This document shows positions 19,213 to 29,177 of a stretch of 64,000 nt of DNA, one piece after another. The stretch's first letter is position 1. Each line of letters starts with the position of its first letter. Location of the stretch: NCBI GenBank assembly GCA_965226375.1, contig CBDDCX010000006.1, positions 128,001-192,000 of the forward strand, written 5' to 3'. Below the pieces are notes generated by a model. That model worked only from the letters and a program-made list of their open reading frames with translations. It made no database searches and was not told where the DNA came from. The position numbers and the translations under genes are program-made. Source of the DNA: Longimicrobiales bacterium (GTDB lineage Bacteria > Gemmatimonadota > Gemmatimonadetes > Longimicrobiales > Gaopeijiaceae).

Positions 19213-19407
19213 GAGAATGTGCGTCCGATCTATGATCATCTATATCACCTGGGGATGTCCGCGACGAAAACGGTCTGGCCGTTGGAGTATCCCGAGGGGG
19301 ACTCGCCGCACGCCGCCTCCGATACCCTGGAGGATCCCGCGTATCGAGCCTTCGTGAAGCAACTCCAGCAACGGGGCTTCGAGATCACGTGGCACTGCGC
19401 AACGATG
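19213..19407 (+). pseudogene. Internal fragment of a polysaccharide-deacetylase-like protein
   Basis: ENVRPIYDHLYHLGMSATKTVWP..TLEDPAYRAFVKQLQQRGFEITWH resembles the NodB-like GFEI-x-x-H segment. No native start or end. Confidence 0.55.
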
Positions 19408-19592
19408 GCGCCGACCCGATCCCCCTAGATCAGATCCTCACCGTCGAGACCGATATCCTCATACCTGCCGCTCTCGAGAATCAAATCCGGGGTGACAACG
19501 CGCATCGGATCCAAGCCAAGGTCGTCGCCGAGGCCGCCAACGGCCCGACGACGCCTCAGGCGGACGAGATCCTCGAGAGCCGGGGAATCGAG
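19407..19592 (+). pseudogene. Internal fragment of a Glu/Leu/Phe/Val dehydrogenase
   Basis: ILTVETDILIPAALENQI..NAHRIQAKVVAEAANGPTTPQADEILESRGI is the conserved NAD(P)-binding C-terminal segment of GdhA-type enzymes. Confidence 0.85.
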
Positions 19593-20050
19593 ATAACGAA
19601 CTCGTTTGGGCCCAATACGGAACGGTCGACCAGGCCGGTAACTTCACCGGGACCCCAGGCGACAACGAGTATTGGAAGGCGAAGAAGACCCAGAAGGTGC
19701 CGGGGGGAGCCCCCGACGCGTTTGTGCTCGATCTCGCCGTAAAAGACAATGCGAAGGACGACCAGGGCGGTATCAAGGACCGGGTCGCTGGGGTCGGGGA
19801 AGCTGTTATGGTCACGATCGACTTCAAGGCAGGTTTACAGGGAGTCGGTTTGGGTTGTGCGAGTCCCGGTTGCCAAGCGTGGAGTGTGGAGCTGAAGGGG
19901 TTGGGTGCTGACCAAAAGGGTAAAGGATTTACTGTCGCAAGTACCTCCACGCCGGAGCCGTCGACCATCATCTTACTTGCTTCGGGCCTTGCCGGATTGG
20001 CAGGAGTGGGGGCCCTGCGGAACCGGCGAGAGAACAAGCGAAGTGAATAG
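19592..20050 (+). pseudogene. 3' fragment of a PEP-CTERM sorting-signal protein
   Basis: Ends TPEPSTIILLASGLAGLAGVGALRNRRENKRSE (PEP, TM, basic tail). The frame is open from DNELVWAQYG at the junction and has no signal peptide. Confidence 0.8.
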
Positions 20051-20067
20051 CGGCCCGCTGACGGAGC

Positions 20068-21561
20068 CTAATTCGCCGGCCGGGCCCTCTCCTTGGCCCA
20101 GGCCCGGAGCTCTGCCACATGTTCGGCCCTGGTCACCGACAGGGGCCGCGTGCCCTGGATCTCGTTCAGGAGCGCGCTCGTGGACAGTTCGGCCGTTCCC
20201 GAGAACGCGGAATAGAGGGTAGAGACGACCACCCCTTCGATCTCCGAGCCGCTGAAGCCGGGCGTGGCGGCGCCGAGGGCGTGGAGGTCGAAGTCGCCGG
20301 ACTCCCTTCCGCGGTTCTCCAGGTGAATGCGGAAGATCTCGGCGCGGGTGTCGGCATCGGGGAGATCCACGAAGAAGATCTCGTCGAAACGTCCCTTGCG
20401 TAGAAACTCGGCGGGTAAGCGGCTGATGTCGTTTGCGGTCGCGACGATGAAGACGTCGCCACGCCGATCCTGCATCCACGTGAGGAAGCTACCAAGGATG
20501 CGTTGTGACACCCCACCGTCCTCACTTCCGCCCGTTGCGAAGGCCTTCTCCAGCTCGTCGATCCACAGTACCACGGGTGCCATCTGCTCGGCGGTGCGCA
20601 TGGCGCGCTTGAAGTTTCGCTCGCTCTCTCCAATGTACTTGTTGTAGAGATTGGACGGATCGAGCTTTAGTAGCGGCATGCGCCACTCGGCTGCGACCGC
20701 CTTGGCCGAGAGGCTCTTTCCACAGCCCGGCACGCCGAGAAGCAGCATTCCCCTCGGAAAGCTCAACCCGAACTCCTCGGCTTTTTCGGGCTGCGTCACC
20801 ACGGCCTTCCGTTTGGCCAGCCACGCCTTCAGGCTCCGAAGGTCGGCGATATTCTCCATGGTGGATTCGACGGGATAGTACTCAAGGAGTCCGTCCCGCC
20901 CGACCACGGCGATCTTGGCTTCGATCACGTGGCGGATGTCTTCCACGGCCAGCTTGCCGTCTTCGATGATGGCCTTGGTCAGTATCTTCTCGGCCTCCAT
21001 CAGGGTGAGCCCGGCCATGTGCCGCAGGAGCAGCGCCAACTCCTCTTTGCTCATGTCTACATCCACATGACCCCGGCTCTGCATGTCCCGGACGATCTGC
21101 GTAATCAGGTCCCGGTACTCATCATCCGACGGTCCGGGCAGAATGAAGGGAGTCACCATGCGTGCTACCGCGTCGGGGAAGGTGAGGCCCCGGCCGGTAA
21201 CCAGGATGGAGCCCCCCGCCTCGCTGAGCGCTTCGGCCGCCTCCCTCATCTGCGCGGCGAGGATCGGGTCTGCACTCAGATGGGGTCCCAGGTCCTTGAA
21301 GTGGTACAGCGCCGCCATCTGTGAGGCCGCGATGTGTCGGAAGGCCTTGGCGGGGTTCTCGGTATCATAGACGGCGCCCGACAGATCGACACGGCTCAGG
21401 CCCCGGATACGCGTCCAGGTGAAGAGCGGCTGGTCTAGTTTGTCGGCCAGGTAGTCCAGCAGGCCAGAAGCGCGCTCTTCTTCGTCGGTATCCACGTGGA
21501 TCAACTGGTGCCCGGCTCGGACCAGAAGCACCAGGTCGTGCAGGGTGTCCCTAGGACTCAC
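20068..21561 (-). CDS. Ycf46-like AAA+ ATPase
   Basis: Walker A GVPGCGKS, Walker B VLWIDELEK, ATAND and Arg-finger LRKGRFDEIFFVDLP, end LRAWAKERA. GTG start 4 bp after the cupredoxin stop. Confidence 0.88.
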   Translation of the reverse strand: MSPRDTLHDLVLLVRAGHQLIHVDTDEEERASGLLDYLADKLDQPLFTWTRIRGLSRVDLSGAVYDTENPAKAFRHIAASQMAALYHFKDLGPHLSADPILAAQMREAAEALSEAGGSILVTGRGLTFPDAVARMVTPFILPGPSDDEYRDLITQIVRDMQSRGHVDVDMSKEELALLLRHMAGLTLMEAEKILTKAIIEDGKLAVEDIRHVIEAKIAVVGRDGLLEYYPVESTMENIADLRSLKAWLAKRKAVVTQPEKAEEFGLSFPRGMLLLGVPGCGKSLSAKAVAAEWRMPLLKLDPSNLYNKYIGESERNFKRAMRTAEQMAPVVLWIDELEKAFATGGSEDGGVSQRILGSFLTWMQDRRGDVFIVATANDISRLPAEFLRKGRFDEIFFVDLPDADTRAEIFRIHLENRGRESGDFDLHALGAATPGFSGSEIEGVVVSTLYSAFSGTAELSTSALLNEIQGTRPLSVTRAEHVAELRAWAKERARPAN

Positions 21562-21565
21562 GCGT

Positions 21566-22725
21566 TCACCGGACCATGACCGTGCCAACCATGGCGGCCC
21601 CTTCGTGCGGAATGCAGATGTACCGGTACTCCCCCGGCTCGGTGAACGTCCAGGTAAAACTCTCGCCAGGGGCCATGTCACCCGAGTCGAAGGCCTGCGC
21701 GCCGGAGGGGAGTCGGACGTTGTCCGCCTGCATGGCCTTGGACGCATCGGCCGTCACGGTGTGGACGAGGGCCGAGGTGTTGCGCCAGCGTACGGCCTGA
21801 CCGACCGAGATGGTGACGGCGGCGGCTTCGTACTTGAGCTGGTTGTTCGTGGTGACCTAGCGGCCACTTCGCCGCTCGACTCCTGCTGAGAGCTCGCCTG
21901 GCGGCCGCCGAAATAGCGAGACAGCGTAAACGGAATCGTGAATTCGAAGCCGTAGCGGGTCTTGCCGTCCCCAAAGGACGAGCCCTGCAGGCTGGCGGTC
22001 CGGGTGTTGGTGATCTGCAGGGAGAACGTGTGCGGCGTATAGGGAACGGCCATCTGGAGGGCCGCACCCCACGCCACGTCCAATTCTCCGTCGGCAACTC
22101 CGCCCCCCGCCGCATCTTGTCCTATGGAGCGGTCAGTAAGTGCCACCACATCCCCCGCCAGGGCCACGTTGTCGGAGACTCGAATCGTGGCTCCGCCGCC
22201 GAACGCCCACTTCGACTCATCGAGCCCATCATCGTAGACGTTCGACAGAAAGCGACCGACGCCAATGAGTTTTATCGGACCGGCGGGAAAGCTCACGGTG
22301 ACCTCGGCGTCGCTGCTCGACGCCGCTTGGTTGAACGCCCCGGTGAAGGAGACATCGACAGGGTGACCGGCTGCGGTAGAGACCGGGGTCCACCGGGCGA
22401 AGATCTCGTATTCATTGAAGTCGTTACCGTCGACGATTGAGTTGCTCGAGTAGTCGACGCCTAGAAGTGTTCGGCCCGGCAGCGGAACGGCCAGGTAGAA
22501 TGTCGGAGAGTTGGCGACCTTGTTCTGCCCTCCAGCGTCCACTTTCCAGAACCGGTGGAGGAAGTTGAAGTAGACGGTGCCCTCCGTGCCGGTCCATCCA
22601 GCGCTGAGGTTGGGGGTTCGCTCCAGCACGGACTGGCTTTGGGCGGGCCGGGCTAAAGCGAGAAAGCCGCCGGCCGAGATGACCAGAAGCACCAAGGAGG
22701 GGCCTATCAGACGAGGTTGGCGCAT
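21566..22725 (-). pseudogene. Secreted putative beta-barrel protein with C-terminal type-1 copper (plastocyanin-like) domain, split by a 1-nt frameshift near 21860
   Basis: Signal peptide and amphipathic strands ending YGFEFTIPF. The second frame reads VTTNNQLKYEAAAVTISVGQAVRWRNTSALVHTVT..YRYICIPHEGAAMVG (H, C, H, M ligands). Confidence 0.75.
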
Positions 22726-22780
22726 GGATCTTCCTCCTGTCTACATGATTCGAAGGTGGTTGGTGGACACAAATGAGCGA

Positions 22781-23848
22781 GAGGGGGTATTCCCTTAAGT
22801 CCACCGACCCCAAGATATAGTGGTTACCGGGGCTCTGCGGGCCGTTTCCCACGTCCGGTGCCGAGGTAAAGGGCCGAAGCTGGCGTGGGAGCACACTGAA
22901 CAGCCTGCTCAAGCAAGCGGTAGAACAACAGGCCGCGAGCCCGGGATGTGCGTCGGTTGAAGCGAAAGGTGAACTCGTCCAGATAGTAGGGGAGGTGTTC
23001 GCGGGCGATCCCTCCTTGGAGGGTTCCGAGGACCCAGCGCTTGAGGAGAGACGCCACCCGATGTACGGCCGACATGAGCACGTGAGCGGGATCGCCGGAG
23101 GTCGAGAGGTTCGTGACCGTGTGGCGAAAGCCCAGTTTGGCGAGTCCCTGATAGCTTGGCCATCCGTCGGTATGCACCGTGCTTGCCGGTGCGATGCTAT
23201 CCTTGACGAAGCCTCGCAGAACCGGAGCGGAGAGGTCGGGCACCCAACGCAGCCGTATTCTCCCGATCTTGCGTCCGTCGACCTCGGCGGCGATCGCGAC
23301 GATGGCCTTCTTGATCGTCTCGCGGCCCCGCACTCCAGCCTCCACGCCCCCGACATAGCTCTCGTCCACTTGCACAACGCCGCTCAGCTGGTCGCGATCC
23401 GGTCGGACCATGGCCCGGCGGAGCTTGTGGAGCCAGACCCACGCTGTCTTGTAGCTTCCCAGTCCGAGCACGCGCTGGAGCCCGAGAGCATTGGCTCCGT
23501 ATTTCTGGCTCGTGAGCTCCCAGGCAGCGAGAAACCACAGACGCAGGGGCGAGCGCGTGCGGTGGAACACGGTTCCCGCCAGCACCGAGGTCTGCCTTCG
23601 ACAGTGTGGGCAGACGAGACGCCCCCGCGATGCTCGCCAGACCTCTCCCAACCCGCCACAGCCCACGCACACAAACCCTTCCGGCCAGCGCAGACCCTCC
23701 ACGTACTCCAGGCATGCCGCATCGTCGGGGAAGAACTCGTCCAGCTCCAGCCGCGTACGGGGATAGTCCACGCCGCCACGGAGCTGAGAAGCCGGAACCG
23801 CCATGACCACAACATGTAGTGGGCGGTGGACTTAAGGCAATACCCCAT
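22781..23848 (-). mobile_element. IS1595-family insertion sequence (ISSod11-like), apparently intact
   Basis: 23-bp inverted repeats GGGGTATT(C/G)CCTTAAGTCCACCG at 22784-22806 and 23824-23846 (1 mismatch). Flanking direct repeat TGAGCGA at 22774-22780 and 23849-23855. Exact ends uncertain by a few bp. Confidence 0.9.
22824..23810 (-). CDS. IS1595-family transposase
   Basis: Zinc ribbon CVGC..CPHC, VQVDESYVGG, HTDGWPSY and YLDEFTFRFNRR. Confidence 0.93.
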   Translation of the reverse strand: MVMAVPASQLRGGVDYPRTRLELDEFFPDDAACLEYVEGLRWPEGFVCVGCGGLGEVWRASRGRLVCPHCRRQTSVLAGTVFHRTRSPLRLWFLAAWELTSQKYGANALGLQRVLGLGSYKTAWVWLHKLRRAMVRPDRDQLSGVVQVDESYVGGVEAGVRGRETIKKAIVAIAAEVDGRKIGRIRLRWVPDLSAPVLRGFVKDSIAPASTVHTDGWPSYQGLAKLGFRHTVTNLSTSGDPAHVLMSAVHRVASLLKRWVLGTLQGGIAREHLPYYLDEFTFRFNRRTSRARGLLFYRLLEQAVQCAPTPASALYLGTGRGKRPAEPR

Positions 23849-23960
23849 TGAGCGAAATTGATCGTAATAACGGTCTCCCCTTGGGGAGGCGCAACGTGTC
23901 CTACGCCTTGCGTCGTCGGTCATTTCAACGTGATCGTTAGACAACCAACGTCCGGAGGCG

Positions 23961-24170
23961 GTGATACCAGGTTCCACGGAGGACCGGTCCAAAAGTGCCG
24001 TGATCGATAAGCTTAGAGAAATCTGGGTGTTGTCGGATTCCGACACGATCGCCGACGACCTGGAGAAGGCTCGGGCCCTGGCTGCCGCCGTGCCCGAGTC
24101 CGCCAGGAGAGAGGCGGACGACTTCATCCGAGCCATGGAGCGCCTGGGAGATTGGCTCCGCTCGGGGTGA
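23961..24170 (+). CDS. Small hypothetical helical protein (69 aa)
   Basis: GGAGG just upstream of the GTG, fills the intergenic gap, no recognisable motif. Confidence 0.45.
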   Translation: MIPGSTEDRSKSAVIDKLREIWVLSDSDTIADDLEKARALAAAVPESARREADDFIRAMERLGDWLRSG

Positions 24171-24206
24171 TCTCGCGTCCCCCCATCCCATCGGCCGCCT
24201 CCACGC

Positions 24207-25346
24207 TCAGTTCGTACCGGCCCCGGCGCCGGCCTCGACCTGATCGAAGGCCTCGGCCAACCTCACCAAAGCCTCCGACAGCTCCTCTGCCGGCGGGCCG
24301 AACCCCAGCCGCAGGTACCCGTCCATACCGAAGTGGTCTCCCGGTACCACCAGAATGTCCATGTCCGTCCGTAACATCTCCGCGAACTGCGTGGAGTTCA
24401 CCGGCGTGTTGTAGCGGGCATAGCAAATGGCTCCCGCGTCGGGCCGCCGATACGAGAAGCGGCTCTCCTGGCCGTCCATCCACGCCGTCAACAAGCCCAG
24501 ATTTTCGTTGAGTATGCCCCTCGTTCGGGTCAGGATCTTCTGCCGGGTCGAGGGCTCCAGGGCCAGGCAGGCGAGGGTATCGGACAAGTTGGCCGGGGCG
24601 ATCGTGGTGTAGTCGGTGCGCCCCCACATGGCCTCCATGATATCGGGCGGCCCGAGGACCCAGCCCAGGCGCAGCCCCGGAAGGCCGTAGGCCTTGGACA
24701 GAGAGTTCGTGACGATCACACGCTCGGTCCGGCCCCAAAAGGAAGGGGTCTGCTCACCGACGACTTCGGCTCCTTGATAGACCTCGTCCGACAGGATCCA
24801 TGCACCGTGCCGCTCTGCCAGCGTCACGATTCCGGACATGGACTCTGGGCTCATGACCGCGCCCGTAGGATTGCTCGGGTTTGTGATCAGAATGGAGCGT
24901 GCCCCCTCTTCCAGGCAGCGCTCGAGCACGTCCAGGTCGGGCTGCCACCCTGTCTCCTCCAAGAGGTGAAAGGGCAGGATCGGCGCTTGGAAGCTCTCCA
25001 GCAGACCGGGTACCTGCATATAGTTGGGAAGCATCACGGCGGTCGGGGCCTCCGGATCGAGAAGGTGCCAGAACGCGGTGAAGTTGGCCTCGGCACCCCC
25101 GATGGTCACCAGCACCGACGCCTCGGTCGCCCGCGGGTACAGCGCGGCGATGCGAGCTCTGAGCTCGTCGCTACCGTTCGACTGCCCGTAGCCAAGACGC
25201 ACGTCCAGAGTCTCAGGCCCACGGTCGGCCAACTCCAGGAGCTCCGAGACCGAGAGTGGATGTACCCCGCTCTCCGAAAGGTTGAATCTCACGCGGTGCT
25301 CGTACGTGGACTGCCACCGCTCCATCGTGAAGGGGCTGTACCGCAC
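24207..25346 (-). CDS. PLP-dependent class I/II aminotransferase
   Basis: NPSNPTG, ILSDEVY and SLSKAYGLPGLRLGW (PLP lysine). AGGAGG precedes GTG 25346. Confidence 0.9.
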   Translation of the reverse strand: MRYSPFTMERWQSTYEHRVRFNLSESGVHPLSVSELLELADRGPETLDVRLGYGQSNGSDELRARIAALYPRATEASVLVTIGGAEANFTAFWHLLDPEAPTAVMLPNYMQVPGLLESFQAPILPFHLLEETGWQPDLDVLERCLEEGARSILITNPSNPTGAVMSPESMSGIVTLAERHGAWILSDEVYQGAEVVGEQTPSFWGRTERVIVTNSLSKAYGLPGLRLGWVLGPPDIMEAMWGRTDYTTIAPANLSDTLACLALEPSTRQKILTRTRGILNENLGLLTAWMDGQESRFSYRRPDAGAICYARYNTPVNSTQFAEMLRTDMDILVVPGDHFGMDGYLRLGFGPPAEELSEALVRLAEAFDQVEAGAGAGTN

Positions 25347-25483
25347 GTCCGGTTCCTCCTGGTTCTGAGGTCTGGTGTGTCGCTGCCTGCGGACGTACCC
25401 CCACGCGTCGATTCGGCTCCACGGACTCGCTATGTTCTCTGTGTGGTGTCCCATCTCCTCTCACAAGTGATCGGCACGGATCC

Positions 25484-26698
25484 ATGACGCACACCTCGCT
25501 CCCTCACGACCTCGCGCTTCGAGGTGTCGATGGCGGAACGATCATCCTGGTGGTGCTCGATGGCCTCGGCGGCCTACCCCATCCGGAGACGGGCAGGACG
25601 GAACTGGAGTCGGCTGCGACTCCCAACCTCGATGCTCTTGCGGCCAGGAGCTCGCTTGGCATGATCATGCCTGTGGCCGAGGGGATCACGCCGGGGAGCG
25701 GTCCGGGGCATCTCTCGCTCTTTGGATATGACCCCGTCGCCTCCATGATCGGGCGCGGAGTCCTGAGCGCTCTGGGCGTCGGGTTCGATCTGCGCCCCGG
25801 CGACGTGGCAGCTCGTTTGAACCTGGCCACGGTCGATGGGGACGGCGTGGTGACGGACCGTCGGGCAGGGCGCCCCTCCGACGAGGATGGACGGCGAGTT
25901 GTGGAGAAGGTGCGGGCCGAGATCCGTGCGCCCGACGGTGTCGAGGTCACGCTGATTCATGAGAAGGAGCACCGAGCGGTCCTCGTGCTGCGCGGGAATG
26001 GGTTGGGCGCCGACCTCGAGGACACGGATCCGCAGCGAACGGGCCTCAGACCGGTCCCGGTCACCGCCACCGCACACGCGTCATCTGCCACGGCGGGGAT
26101 GATTCAGGGTCTTCTCGATCAGGTCGGCGAGATTCTCGCGGAGGAGCCGCGGGCCAACTCCTTCCTGGCCCGGGGGTTTGCGCAGTTGTCGCCCTATCCG
26201 AGCTTTTTGGAGCGATATGGCCTGAACGCCGTGGCCGTGGCCAAGTACCCCATGTACAGGGGGGTGGCGAGCCTGGTGGGAATGGCAGTGGACGGCGTGC
26301 CTGGATCCAACGAAGAGACCTTGCGCGTCCTGGAGGGACACTACGGTGACTACGACTTCTACTTCGTCCACTTCAAGGACCCCGACTCACTGGGTCACGA
26401 CGGTGACTTCGAGGGTAAGGCCAACGCCATAGCGGCGGTGGACGCGCTCCTCCCGAGAATCACCGACTTGAAGCCCGACGTGCTCATCGTTACGGGAGAC
26501 CATTCCACGCCCGCGCTCTACCGTGAACACTCCTGGCACCACGTGCCGACCCTCATCGCCTCCGCTTGGTCACGGCCCTCTGCGGCGGAGTTCGGCGAGA
26601 CGGCGTGCCGGGGCGGGGACCTCGGCATCATCCCAGGCAAGGATCTGATGGCGCTTGCCTTGGCGCATGCCCTGCGGCTGGAGAAGTACGGCGCCTGA
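25484..26698 (+). CDS. apgM: 2,3-BPG-independent phosphoglycerate mutase, ApgM type
   Basis: LDGLGG, TPGSGPGHLSLFGYDP, HFKDPDSLGHDGD, TGDHSTP and HSWH. Confidence 0.88.
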   Translation: MTHTSLPHDLALRGVDGGTIILVVLDGLGGLPHPETGRTELESAATPNLDALAARSSLGMIMPVAEGITPGSGPGHLSLFGYDPVASMIGRGVLSALGVGFDLRPGDVAARLNLATVDGDGVVTDRRAGRPSDEDGRRVVEKVRAEIRAPDGVEVTLIHEKEHRAVLVLRGNGLGADLEDTDPQRTGLRPVPVTATAHASSATAGMIQGLLDQVGEILAEEPRANSFLARGFAQLSPYPSFLERYGLNAVAVAKYPMYRGVASLVGMAVDGVPGSNEETLRVLEGHYGDYDFYFVHFKDPDSLGHDGDFEGKANAIAAVDALLPRITDLKPDVLIVTGDHSTPALYREHSWHHVPTLIASAWSRPSAAEFGETACRGGDLGIIPGKDLMALALAHALRLEKYGA

Positions 26699-26710
26699 TG
26701 AACGACTTCG

Positions 26711-27586
26711 ATGAAGGGCCAGAGCGGGACCCCCCAGGAGCCTGAAGGCGCGTCGGATCAGGAGTTCGATCACGCCCTGCAGTCGGGTGACGAAGGTGAT
26801 TGGGAGGGTATGGCCGAGTACCTGCGTGAGGCGCTCGAGCGTTATCCCGGTGACCCGGCCGTGCTCTGCTGGTTGGGTGTGGCCGAACGTGAGTTGGGCA
26901 TGGAGGGCATCGCCTACGAGCGCTTCAGGGCCTGCGTGGCTGCCGAGCCCAATGACCCGCACATACTGGCCGTCGCCGGGACGGGACTGGCCCGCTTCGA
27001 TGACCCGGCTGCGGAGTCGATATTGCGCACCGCGGCTCTCACCGGAGAGGACATGCCGTTCACGCGCCGTATGTACGGGGCCTACCTGTCCCGCGAGGGC
27101 ATGATCGAAGACGCCCTGCGCGAACTCACGGCGGCACTCGCGCTGTCCCCCGATGACCCGGAAGCGCTCACGGAGTGGGGGGTGGCGCTGGCTCTGGGCG
27201 AGCGACACGACGAGGCCGTAGAGGCGTTCTCGAAGGCTTCGGCGGCCGATCCCGAAGATGGGTGGGCGCGTTCAGTTGCAGGACTGGTGTTGGTGCATCT
27301 GGTCCGGACCGAGGACGCTCTCGCCGACCTCCTCGGGGCGGCGGACCTCCGTCCGGAGGACGTGGAACTGGCGCTTCTGGCAAGGTTGGCGGCCGCGGCG
27401 TCCGGTGAAGAGGAGCCGGCCTATGAACTGGTGGAGAGGGCTCGCCTGCGCGCCATCTCCGGAGATCTCGACCTGGTGGACGCGGTCTTCGACCGTGTGG
27501 AGGAGGGGCACGAGGCGTCCAAGACCTTCCTGGAAGAAGACTTCATTACGGGCGCGTTACGCGAGAGACTCATGACGCGCCCCTGA
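26711..27586 (+). CDS. Tetratricopeptide-repeat protein
   Basis: Repeated helical units ending in Y/L-P-x-D-P (YPGDP, EPNDP, SPDDP, DPEDG, RPEDV). Confidence 0.8.
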   Translation: MKGQSGTPQEPEGASDQEFDHALQSGDEGDWEGMAEYLREALERYPGDPAVLCWLGVAERELGMEGIAYERFRACVAAEPNDPHILAVAGTGLARFDDPAAESILRTAALTGEDMPFTRRMYGAYLSREGMIEDALRELTAALALSPDDPEALTEWGVALALGERHDEAVEAFSKASAADPEDGWARSVAGLVLVHLVRTEDALADLLGAADLRPEDVELALLARLAAAASGEEEPAYELVERARLRAISGDLDLVDAVFDRVEEGHEASKTFLEEDFITGALRERLMTRP

Positions 27587-27688
27587 TCGGAAACTATGTT
27601 TCGTGCATCTGTTATGAGCGGGTGGCTCCGCGTCGTGGCCTCGCACGACGCCGGTACGGCCCGCTCTTTCATGCATGGTGGGGTAGGG

Positions 27689-29107
27689 ATGCTGCGAGTC
27701 GTCGAAGGGTGTCTGGTCGCCCTCACCTTCCTGGCCGTCTGGCCCAACGTCGTTTCGGCACAGGAGGAGGCCATGCATGAAGCCCTGCAGGAAGCCCGGC
27801 GGGTGTACATCCCGTACACCCAGTTCACCCTCGATAACGGCCTCAACGTGATCGTCCACCGGGATCGGTCGTTGCCGGTCGTCGCAGTGAATCTCTGGTA
27901 TCACGTGGGGTCCAGGAACGAGCGTCCCGGACGCACCGGGTTCGCCCATCTCTTCGAGCACATCATGTTCGAGGGGTCGGCCAACGTGCCCGAAGGGGAC
28001 ATCGACAACCTCTTGGAGGCGGCGGGCGGGGCACCCAATGGGTCGACCACTACGGACCGCACCAACTATGTGGAGACGGTCTCCTCCAACGCCCTCGAAC
28101 TCGCACTGTGGATCGAGGCGGACCGCATGGGCTGGTTGTTGGACGCCATGACGCAGGAGAAGCTCGACGTCCAGCGCGACGTGGTGAAGAACGAGCGGCG
28201 CCAGAGCTACGACAACCGGCCGTACGGGACCGCGTTCGAGACCATCTCCGCGAATCTGTACCCTGCGAACCACCCATACCACTGGCCGGTCATCGGCTAT
28301 ATGGAAGACCTGAGTGCGGCCACCCTGGAAGATGTGAGCGACTTTTTCCGGACGTACTACGCGCCCAACAACGCCAGCCTGGCCATAGCCGGGAACGTGC
28401 GGGTCTCCGAGGTCAAGGAGCTGGCTGCGAAGTACTTCGACGACATCCCGGCCGGCCCACCCATTCCTGACGTGGAGGTCCCGGATCCCACACTCTCCGC
28501 CGACCGTTATGTGGTTCTGGAGGACGACGTCCAACTAGCACGGCTCTACATGGCGTGGCACTCGCCCGAGGCGTACAGCCAGGGCGACGCCAACATGGAG
28601 GTTGTCGGGTCCGTGCTGGCGGAGGGGAAGAGTTCCAGACTCTATCGCCGTTTGGTACTGGATGAGCAGGTCGCCCAGGACGTTGTTGCGTTCCAGAGCC
28701 CGGCCGAGATCGGATCGAGGTTCGTCGTGATGGTCACTGCCAACCTGGAAGGATCGCTGGAAGGCCTGGAACGGGCGGTGCGGGAGGAGATCAGCAAGCT
28801 CGTGGACAACGGTGTCACTGCAATGGAGATGGAGCGGTCTATCAATCAAATCGAGGCGGGGTTCGTGCAGGCTCTGGAGCGGGTCGGAGGCTTCAGCGGT
28901 AAGGCCGAGCGCCTGAACGAGTACTACTTTCTCACCGGCAATCCGGGCTTCGTGCGCCGAGATTTCGAGCGTTACCGCCGACTTTCGGGGGAAACCGTGA
29001 GGGAGCATGCACGGAGCTATCTACATACGGCACACGGAGTGGTCCTCTCGGTGATTCCCCGTGGCAGAGCGGACCTGGCCGTGCCGGTGCGGGGCGGAAG
29101 TGGGTAG
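27689..29107 (+). CDS. M16B zinc protease, catalytic subunit, with signal peptide
   Basis: TGFAHLFEH (HxxEH), NGSTTTDRTNY and VKNERRQ. Signal peptide ..VVSA-QE. Confidence 0.9.
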   Translation: MLRVVEGCLVALTFLAVWPNVVSAQEEAMHEALQEARRVYIPYTQFTLDNGLNVIVHRDRSLPVVAVNLWYHVGSRNERPGRTGFAHLFEHIMFEGSANVPEGDIDNLLEAAGGAPNGSTTTDRTNYVETVSSNALELALWIEADRMGWLLDAMTQEKLDVQRDVVKNERRQSYDNRPYGTAFETISANLYPANHPYHWPVIGYMEDLSAATLEDVSDFFRTYYAPNNASLAIAGNVRVSEVKELAAKYFDDIPAGPPIPDVEVPDPTLSADRYVVLEDDVQLARLYMAWHSPEAYSQGDANMEVVGSVLAEGKSSRLYRRLVLDEQVAQDVVAFQSPAEIGSRFVVMVTANLEGSLEGLERAVREEISKLVDNGVTAMEMERSINQIEAGFVQALERVGGFSGKAERLNEYYFLTGNPGFVRRDFERYRRLSGETVREHARSYLHTAHGVVLSVIPRGRADLAVPVRGGSG

Positions 29108-29177
29108 CCGTGGCCAGGACCGGTTCGAACCGACGAGACACCTATGGCGGAGTCGTATTTGCGCGCACCGGGGTGTC

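Noticed and set aside
21855..21865. TAG before the cupredoxin domain as a readthrough or pyrrolysine codon
   Set aside because: The TAG is not in the frame of the upstream protein, so the lesion is a frameshift.
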